Origin: an uncultured Nitrososphaeria archaeon
GTDB lineage: Archaea > Thermoproteota > Nitrososphaeria > Geothermarchaeales > JDFR-13
DNA: 64,000 bases
Direction of reading: 5' to 3'
Assembly: GCA_964529905.1 (NCBI GenBank)
Contig: CAZGXJ010000001.1
Span: 45,054-109,053 of the forward strand
Below the pieces are notes generated by a model. The model saw only the letters and a program-made list of their open reading frames with translations, had not been told where the DNA came from and did not search any database. The stretch's first letter is position 1, and each line of letters opens with the position of its first letter. Made by a program: the position numbers and the translations under genes. Below are positions 57,626 to 64,000 of the stretch, in pieces.

Positions 57626-59280
57626 TGCCCACCACGAAGATATATATTAACGACATTGAATCATATCTAGGGATAAACCTGAAAAAATTTATCGATATAG
57701 TGCCATACATCGGAATGGAGATTGATCAAATAGATGTAGATTCTATTAAACTGGAGTATACTTCAAATAGGTTAGACTATGGATTTCCCACAGGTGTTTT
57801 TAAATCTATAGAGGGGATATTAGACATTGAAACAGGAATTATAAAATATACAAAGAAGAAAGGGCCCAATTACTTTTACATATATGTAGACCCTAATATG
57901 CATAATGTTAGACCCTATATCGGAGGAGTCGTAATAAAGAACGTATCTCTATCAGATAGAATGGTTGAATATATAATAAACTTTCAGGAAGACTTACATA
58001 ATACTATTGGTAGAGGAAGAAGGAAAGTATCTATAGGAATACACAACTTCGATAAAATAAAATTTCCAATAAAATACACTTTAAAGAACAAAGAATATAG
58101 CTTTATACCACTGAATTATGATAGAGAAATGAGTATACAAGAGATTCTAGAAACTCACGAAAAGGGAAGGAAATATGGGTACATAGTGCAAAATAGTGAG
58201 TGGGGATATCCAATTTTGGAAGATGCATCTGGACAAACATTGTCATTTCCACCTATTATTAATAGCCAGCATACACAGATAGATGAGAATACAAGAAATT
58301 TATTTATAGACGTTACCGGAACAGATGAGAACTCGATAAACGACACGATAAATCTTCTATCTACGGCTCTATCTGATATTGGTGGAGAGATCTATATCGT
58401 AACATCTGTATATCCACACAAGGAAGTAGAATATCCGAAACTGAATTATAGGAAAATCACTATTGATGCCAACGAATGTAGAGAAATATTGGGAATAGAC
58501 CTGGATAAACATCTAATTATTAAATCATTGAGACGCATGAGATACGACGCAAATGAAAAACGAGGGAAAATTGAGGTAACTATACCTCCTTATAGAATAG
58601 ATATATTACACCCTATAGACATAATAGAAGATGTATCAATTGGATATGGATATTGGAATATAACCCCAACATTAACTGACATTTATTTCTCAGAACCAAA
58701 AAGGCTTTCAATGATTGAGTTCGTCAATAAGATTGAAGATATCTTAATGGGACTTGGATTTATCCAAGTTATGAATATGATGTTAATCAATAGAGAAGTA
58801 CAAACAAAGTACCTTAATAAAACTATGAATGTGGTAACGGTTATGGACCCAAAAACAAAAAGAAACACATTAAGAGCTTGGCTAACTCCCTCTATCTTGG
58901 AAACAATCTCAATTAACTTAGCAGAGAAATATCCGTTAAAAGTGTTTGAGATAGGCTATGTTATAGAAAAAGATTTGAGGGAAAAATGGAAGTTATGTGT
59001 TGCAATTGGAGATTATAAAGTTAACTACATGGATATAAAGTCAGTAGTAGATACTTTATTTAAACTCCTGGGCATTAATAATAAAGTTGACTTTATTGAG
59101 ATCGATGAAGAATTCCTTATAAAAGGGAGAGCTGCAAAGATAATAGCTAATGGCAAGAATATTGGATTTTTAGGAGAAATTCATCCGGAGATATTATTAA
59201 ACTTCAAAATAGACATACCCATAGCTATAAGCGAGATATACCTTGAAGAAGTGATGAATATTTATCAAGAAAAACTATAA
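57625..59280 (+). CDS. pheT: Phenylalanine--tRNA ligase beta subunit
   Basis: 551 aa. The ATG overlaps the pheS stop. B3/4 and B5 regions (...ISIGIHNFDKI..., LSFPPIIN) and the archaeal beta-subunit size fit. Confidence 0.88.
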   Translation: MPTTKIYINDIESYLGINLKKFIDIVPYIGMEIDQIDVDSIKLEYTSNRLDYGFPTGVFKSIEGILDIETGIIKYTKKKGPNYFYIYVDPNMHNVRPYIGGVVIKNVSLSDRMVEYIINFQEDLHNTIGRGRRKVSIGIHNFDKIKFPIKYTLKNKEYSFIPLNYDREMSIQEILETHEKGRKYGYIVQNSEWGYPILEDASGQTLSFPPIINSQHTQIDENTRNLFIDVTGTDENSINDTINLLSTALSDIGGEIYIVTSVYPHKEVEYPKLNYRKITIDANECREILGIDLDKHLIIKSLRRMRYDANEKRGKIEVTIPPYRIDILHPIDIIEDVSIGYGYWNITPTLTDIYFSEPKRLSMIEFVNKIEDILMGLGFIQVMNMMLINREVQTKYLNKTMNVVTVMDPKTKRNTLRAWLTPSILETISINLAEKYPLKVFEIGYVIEKDLREKWKLCVAIGDYKVNYMDIKSVVDTLFKLLGINNKVDFIEIDEEFLIKGRAAKIIANGKNIGFLGEIHPEILLNFKIDIPIAISEIYLEEVMNIYQEKL

Positions 59281-59292
59281 AAATTTTTTAAT

Positions 59293-59437
59293 GGCATGTA
59301 GACCCCGGCGGACCAACCTGATTAAATGATGGTTGGGTACCCCTACATGCCACAAATAAGTAAGCCCGTCTTTGAGGGACTCACCCGAGAGAGGGAAACC
59401 TTTCGATGAGGGGAGAGAGGGTTAGAGACGGGCTACA
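59293..59437 (+). ncRNA. Two-hairpin H/ACA box guide sRNA
   Basis: Hairpin 1 has a 9-bp lower stem GGCATGTAG/CTACATGCC and pocket strands ACCCCGGCGGA and GTACCC. Its upper stem is CCAACC/GGTTGG, capped by a K-loop uGAuuaaauGAu, followed immediately by ACA (59352-59354). Hairpin 2 has a 9-bp lower stem AGCCCGTCT/AGACGGGCT and an upper stem CTC(A)CCC/GGGGAG. It also has a textbook K-turn (CCC-GA-GAGAGG ... CCTTTC-GAU-GA-GGG) with a GAAA cap, followed by ACA (59435-59437). It is a GC-rich island in an AT-rich spacer. Confidence 0.72.
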
Positions 59438-59482
59438 ATATCAATTAAATAGCTATTATTAAGATGTAGACGGAGAGAAGAA

Positions 59483-59953
59483 ATGTGGAAATCAAGGAAG
59501 CGATATGTTCAAACATTAGAAGATCTTTTCTATATTGTTAAATTATTAAATGCAAGACCTCATAACAAGGTATTAATAATTGTCGAGGGAAAATCAGATA
59601 AGGTGATGCTTGAAAAACTACCCTTATCAAAAAACATTCATATATTAACATTGAATAATCCTACATTCAAAAAATTCAAATTTGATGAATATGATTGTAT
59701 CCTTATATTAACAGATTTCGACAGAGAAGGGGAGAAATTATATAAGGAGATATTAAGATATATAAGGAACACACTAGCACCAAAATTATCTTTCTTAGAT
59801 ATGGAGAGGGACCTACTAAGAAAATACTTCACTAAGTATGGTTATACAGTCCATGGGGCCATAAATAATATGCTCAAATTTTTAGAAAGCTCTCCCAAAA
59901 ATTTATTACATATAGATGTACATACATCTTTTCATAAAAAGAAAATAGAGTAG
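59483..59953 (+). CDS. Small Toprim-domain protein
   Basis: VLIIVEGKSDKVMLEKL (the Toprim conserved Glu) and ILILTDFDREGEKL (DxD); 156 aa; immediately upstream of dnaG. Confidence 0.6.
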   Translation: MWKSRKRYVQTLEDLFYIVKLLNARPHNKVLIIVEGKSDKVMLEKLPLSKNIHILTLNNPTFKKFKFDEYDCILILTDFDREGEKLYKEILRYIRNTLAPKLSFLDMERDLLRKYFTKYGYTVHGAINNMLKFLESSPKNLLHIDVHTSFHKKKIE

Positions 59954-59967
59954 ATAAGTGGAAGGGG

Positions 59968-61116
59968 ATGATAAGAATGGCAAATGAAAAAAATAAAAAC
60001 GATCGTTATTCTAAAAAATATATTATTGAATTTGATTTCGAAATAGATGGAATCGTTGAAGTTAGCGACATAGTTGGTGCTATATTCTCGTCTACGGATT
60101 ATCTCCTAGGTCCAAATTTCGATCTCAGAGAAATGGCAAGAACTGGTAAGATAGGAAGAATTTCAATACATGAAGTCACTAAAACGGGAAGAAAGATGAC
60201 TGGGATATTACAGGTAGTGACTACTAAAGAAATAGAGAGTGTAGCATTAATAGCGGCTTTAATTGAAACAGTTGAGCAAGTAGGACCCTATAGAGCTAGA
60301 TTTAGATTTAAAAGAATTATTGATATGAGAGAGGAAAAACTTAAATTTATTGAAAAGAGAGCATTACAGATTTTAGAAACGTGGAAATTCAGAAAGATTC
60401 CGAAGGCCGATGAGATCTTGGAAAGATTAAAAGAAAAAGCATCGGAAAAAGGGAATATCTTGACAATTAAAGTTGGTGGTGAAACTCTAGCAGCTGGACC
60501 GGACTTTGACAAGGCAGAGGAAGTAATCTTGGTAGAAGGAAGGGCTGACGTAAATAAATTAGTGAAATATGGAATAACAAATGTTCTAAGTATTGGAGGT
60601 GGAAAGATACCTGAGAAAATCAAAGAAATATTAAAGGGAAAAAAGATTACTGCATTTCTCGACGGGGATAGGGGTGGATACCTAAACCTTAAAAAACTGC
60701 TAAACACAATCAACGTAGATTATATAGCTATGGCACCGAAGGGAAAAGAAGTTGAGGATTTAAAATATGACGAAATAATTGAAGCATTGAAGAATAGGAG
60801 ACCTGTAAATATGTTTATATTTAATGCAAAAGAGGAACTATCAAAGTATAAGGAATTTATAAACATGGTGTATGGAAAAATGGAGGCCCTCTTAATAAAA
60901 GATAAAAAGGTAATAGCTAAAGTACCTATATCCGAACTAATCGAAGAATTGGAGAAAATAAATGATAATGTAGATTTATTAGTAATGGATGGAATAATAA
61001 CTCAACGTTTGATAGATGTTTCTCTAAGAAAAGGTATTAAGGAGGTAATAGGAGTAAGGAAGGGGTCTTTAGCTAGAATACCAGAAGGAATAAAAATTTA
61101 TACCTATGGAGAGTAA
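59968..61116 (+). CDS. dnaG: Archaeal DnaG (Toprim primase-like, exosome-associated)
   Basis: KYIIEFDFEIDGIVEVSDIVGAIFSSTDYLLGPNFDLREMARTGKIGRI... and the Toprim motifs VILVEGRADVNKL...AFLDGDRGG. Confidence 0.86.
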   Translation: MIRMANEKNKNDRYSKKYIIEFDFEIDGIVEVSDIVGAIFSSTDYLLGPNFDLREMARTGKIGRISIHEVTKTGRKMTGILQVVTTKEIESVALIAALIETVEQVGPYRARFRFKRIIDMREEKLKFIEKRALQILETWKFRKIPKADEILERLKEKASEKGNILTIKVGGETLAAGPDFDKAEEVILVEGRADVNKLVKYGITNVLSIGGGKIPEKIKEILKGKKITAFLDGDRGGYLNLKKLLNTINVDYIAMAPKGKEVEDLKYDEIIEALKNRRPVNMFIFNAKEELSKYKEFINMVYGKMEALLIKDKKVIAKVPISELIEELEKINDNVDLLVMDGIITQRLIDVSLRKGIKEVIGVRKGSLARIPEGIKIYTYGE

Positions 61117-61127
61117 TAGCATAACCT

Positions 61128-62120
61128 GTGAAACTATTAAGTAGAATTGATGGATATTCCAAAGTCATTATAGAAAATAAGCTAGATATTATCTTGCTAA
61201 TAGAACTTTTAAAGAAGGGATTTAGAGTACGTAAGGAAATATTTTGGCGTGAAAAAATAGAGAGCGGTTTAAAAACAAAGAGAGGCAAACCTATAGAATC
61301 TAAGGTCACATTAGACCCCATCAATATAGTGTTAGATACTAATCTTGAGACATTAAGAATTACTGGTAGGGTGATTGAAGCAACATATAGTGACATAATC
61401 GGACGACTTATGGGTGTAGATATAAAGTTACACGATATTATCGAGATTCAAGATTCATCGTATTTAGACACTATAATCTCTAAGAGAAGAGAGGAAGTCA
61501 GAATTCTAACAATTATTTTTGACATAGATGGATACACAATCGCTGAAATTGGAGATACTATAAGGATTTTGGAGGAAAAGTTTATCTCGACAAAAGCTAT
61601 TTTAAATGAAGATGAAGACGACTTTAAAAAAGAAATGAATAATATAATTGATATATTATCAACCTATAAAAAGAAGGGATATTTTATCATTATGGGTTAT
61701 AATACTGGAACAAAAAGAATATCGAAGATATTTAAAAAGCATGTAGATATATCTCTTGAGGGTATAAATAGTACAGGAATAAATGGAGTTTTAGAAATTA
61801 TACGTAAATTAAAAAACAGAAATGAAATTGTTAAGAATACCTTAGCTAAAACCCAACTAATTTATGAAGAAATCTTGTCTCTAAAAGGGGACGGAATAAT
61901 ATACGGTATAGATGATGTATTACAAGCAATCAAGATGAAAATAATAAACTCCTTAATTATAGATGAAAAACTCTTATTTGAAGAAGGAAATATAGAGATG
62001 GTATTTAGGGCATTCATGCAATGTATAGATATAACAATAGTAAATCCGAATACATCTCTTGGGAGATACATCCAAAAATATGGAGGTATTATAGGGATCC
62101 CTAAATGGATCCAACGTTAA
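61128..62120 (+). CDS. pelA: mRNA surveillance protein Pelota (Dom34)
   Basis: GTG start. N-terminal ...VIIENKLDIILLIELLKKGFRV...LRITGRVIEAT and C-terminal ...IIYGIDDVLQAIKMKIINSLIIDEKLLF fit Pelota/eRF1-family domains; 330 aa. Confidence 0.78.
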   Translation: MKLLSRIDGYSKVIIENKLDIILLIELLKKGFRVRKEIFWREKIESGLKTKRGKPIESKVTLDPINIVLDTNLETLRITGRVIEATYSDIIGRLMGVDIKLHDIIEIQDSSYLDTIISKRREEVRILTIIFDIDGYTIAEIGDTIRILEEKFISTKAILNEDEDDFKKEMNNIIDILSTYKKKGYFIIMGYNTGTKRISKIFKKHVDISLEGINSTGINGVLEIIRKLKNRNEIVKNTLAKTQLIYEEILSLKGDGIIYGIDDVLQAIKMKIINSLIIDEKLLFEEGNIEMVFRAFMQCIDITIVNPNTSLGRYIQKYGGIIGIPKWIQR

Positions 62121-62446
62121 ACTGGTATATTGAAGTAGTCAATTAGTTGAGGTAATATCAACTCTGAAAATATCGCCAATAAAATTCCTCCATAAATAAA
62201 TTTTTTATTCCTATATGAGCCGGAGAATAGGTAGTATATCAACCCAAAACCTATCACAAGTATATATAAGGGTCTCGCAATTAATATGTATATTCTTATA
62301 GCCTCGATTAAGATACTCAGTATTATAGTTAAAATGAAATCGGAAGCTTTTCTGATGGATTCCTCAATAAAAGATGAGTTATAAAACTCTAAGATCACAC
62401 TGGAAAATTTAAACCACAATATTTTGACTTTCTCCACCACCATCAT
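62117..62446 (-). CDS. Small hypothetical membrane protein
   Basis: 109 aa with 2-3 hydrophobic segments and no motif. Its 3' end overlaps pelA by 4 nt. Confidence 0.3.
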   Translation of the reverse strand: MMVVEKVKILWFKFSSVILEFYNSSFIEESIRKASDFILTIILSILIEAIRIYILIARPLYILVIGFGLIYYLFSGSYRNKKFIYGGILLAIFSELILPQLIDYFNIPV

Positions 62447-62563
62447 ACACTCACCATTAAAATTAGGCTCTTAACATTTTTATAGAGGTAGTGTGAAGTG
62501 AAAGTATTAATGTTAATATTCTTAACATACATTCTAGAACTTATATCTTTAATAATATAGACA

Positions 62564-63196
62564 ATGAAAGTGAAATGTATACGATGTAATAGAGAAGCTT
62601 TAATTATAAGAAAACATTCTGGAGAAAGATATTGTAAGTTTCACTTTATTAAAAAAATTAGAAAAGATATTATTAAAAATATAACCAGTTTAGATCCAAA
62701 TAGGGAAAACATCTTTTTCGTTCCAGACAAGAGACTATATATAGAAATATTTAATACAATCATATTGAAATATTTAAAAAAAGCAAAATTAGACTATATT
62801 TTATTGAAATTGCAAGATCCACATAGTCCTAAAAATATCTCGTTGGAAGTATCTAAGATAGAAAGAAATTATTTGTTAATTTTATCAAAAACATATAGAT
62901 CAAACGTAATATTACTAAAAACAATAGATGAACTTGCCCACGATATACTTCTGCTCCAAATTTATAACAGACATAGTCTTTTAAAGTTACTCACATCTAA
63001 TATAGTAAAGATAAGAAAACCTCTATTCCATTACATGTCTTATGAAATGGAACAAATCTTTAACATCTCCCATCCTCCCATGTGTACAACGGAGAAGTTG
63101 CTAAAAAGAATCTCAGAAGAAAAACCATCAATAGTATTTTCTATTATTAACTTCATAGAAAACTTCCAAAGAACTAATTTCAAAGTGTCTAACTAA
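62564..63196 (+). CDS. Zinc-ribbon protein resembling the N-terminus of TtuA/NcsA-type tRNA thiolation enzymes but lacking the PP-loop
   Basis: MKVKCIRCNREALIIRKHSGERYCKFHFIKKIRKDI mirrors the TtuA/Ncs6 N-terminal CxxC...C..(C/H)F module. Where SGGKDS is expected, the sequence reads IFFVPDKRLY. Confidence 0.35.
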   Translation: MKVKCIRCNREALIIRKHSGERYCKFHFIKKIRKDIIKNITSLDPNRENIFFVPDKRLYIEIFNTIILKYLKKAKLDYILLKLQDPHSPKNISLEVSKIERNYLLILSKTYRSNVILLKTIDELAHDILLLQIYNRHSLLKLLTSNIVKIRKPLFHYMSYEMEQIFNISHPPMCTTEKLLKRISEEKPSIVFSIINFIENFQRTNFKVSN

Positions 63197-63332
63197 AATT
63201 TAACTATAGGAAAACAAACCCAACAAAGATTCACCAACCATACCTCACCATGATAAATCTATCATAAAATACCTGATAATATTACCACAGATTTTAACAA
63301 ACCAAAATTAATTCTAAAATATTAAATTATAA

Positions 63333-63419
63333 TGGGCCCGCCCGGATTCGAACCGGGGTCCTCCCGGGGTCTTCCTAATCGTCGTAAGCCGGGCGTCATA
63401 GCCTCTAGACCACGGGCCC
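63333..63419 (-). tRNA. tRNA-Val (anticodon TAC) with a 14-nt canonical 37/38 intron
   Basis: The reverse complement begins GGGCCCG-TG-GTCTAGAGGCTATGAC-G. The anticodon arm is CCCGG-CT-TAC-G[ACGATTAGGAAGAC]C-CCGGG. It ends AGGAC-CCCGG-TTCGAAT-CCGGG-CGGGCCC-A. 87 nt = 73 + 14. Confidence 0.85.
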
Positions 63420-63605
63420 ATAGTCTTAGTCTATTATTTATTTATCTTTGTTAGATAAAAAGTTTTAATAGTAGATTCTGTAGTAGTTGTTGGATATAGA
63501 ATCTAATAAGATTTTGTTTTTATATGATTATATCAATAAATATAGCCCATCTTTACCTTTTATATGATATTTATTAATGTCACGATGATTAGGTGAAAAT
63601 CTGTA

Positions 63606-64000
63606 ATGAGATTTCTAAGAGGATGTAAAATAGGAGAGATGCCTCAAAGAAAAAAAGAGAAAATAGCCATTATTGGTGCTGGACCTGCTGGTCTTGGAGC
63701 TGCGGGGGATTTGATATGTAGAGGTTATATTGTGGATGTATATGACCAGATGCCTGAACCTGGAGGATTAATCATATTTGGGATACCTGATTTTAGAATT
63801 CCTAAAGAGAGAGTAAGGAATGGTATTAAAGAACTTGAAAGAGCAGGAGTTAATTTTATTCTGAATACAAAAGTCGGGAGGGATATCGATTTGGAGAAGA
63901 TAATACTGAATTATGACGCTATCCTGATTGCAACGGGTACTTGGAAAAGTAGAACCTTAAATATAAAGGGGAGGGATCTAGAAAATGTATATTCTGCATT
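63606..64000 (+). CDS. GltD/SudA-like NAD(P)H-dependent FAD oxidoreductase (glutamate synthase small-subunit family); 3' end outside the window
   Basis: KIAIIGAGPAGLGAAGDLICRGYIVDVYDQMPEPGGLIIFGIPDFRIPK...ILIATGT. The start may be the second Met at 63639. Confidence 0.75.
   Translation, partial: MRFLRGCKIGEMPQRKKEKIAIIGAGPAGLGAAGDLICRGYIVDVYDQMPEPGGLIIFGIPDFRIPKERVRNGIKELERAGVNFILNTKVGRDIDLEKIILNYDAILIATGTWKSRTLNIKGRDLENVYSA

Noticed and set aside
1-64000. Searched for CRISPR repeats, transposase or integrase genes, toxin-antitoxin pairs, restriction-modification and other defence or mobile signatures
   Set aside because: I saw no regularly spaced direct repeats and no recognisable mobile or defence protein motifs in any track translation. 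The window reads as conserved core genome, so I do not claim a novel defence or mobile system here.

Overview
This is an AT-rich archaeal chromosomal segment (G+C looks like roughly one third or less by eye; not computed). Every stable RNA stands out as a sharply GC-rich island, the usual signature of a (hyper)thermophile. Gene content and tRNA-intron style look TACK/Crenarchaeota-like: Alba, Nop5-fibrillarin, Gar1, archaeal DnaG, RadA, Orc1/Cdc6, a PCNA-like clamp, and introns at non-canonical tRNA positions. The organism cannot be named from the sequence alone.

About 75 protein genes are packed on both strands, many with 4-14 nt start/stop overlaps. Almost all are core information-processing genes:
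- Ribosomal proteins: uL3-uL4-uL23-uL2, uS19, eS8, eS30, eL33.
- tRNA synthetases: Asn, Trp, Phe alpha and beta.
- A very dense set of RNA maturation and modification genes: Elp3, Nop5, fibrillarin, Gar1, RlmE, Trm1, a THUMP methyltransferase, RNase Z, the CCA-adding enzyme, LigT, RtcB, RNase HII, Pelota and DnaG.
- Chromosome biology: SMC-ScpA-ScpB, Orc1/Cdc6, RadA, Alba, an RPA-like multi-OB protein and a PCNA-like protein.
- A few metabolic or transport genes: Prs, DeoC, TrxB, PPAT, MetAP, and a PhoU-like/PiT pair.

RNA genes I can support are a 5S rRNA, four tRNAs and a two-hairpin H/ACA guide RNA in the pheT-Toprim spacer that no ORF explains. Three of the four tRNAs are interrupted, two of them at non-canonical positions.

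Three real genes are missing from the ORF track. Elp3 runs off the window edge, and eS30 and Sec61-beta are each under 60 aa.

I found no CRISPR array, transposase or integrase, toxin-antitoxin pair or recognisable defence island. This is a housekeeping region. The most novel-looking items are modest: the ncRNA, the tRNA intron variants, a broken ribosomal-protein operon, several divergent paralogues of core factors, and a few small uncharacterised gene pairs.
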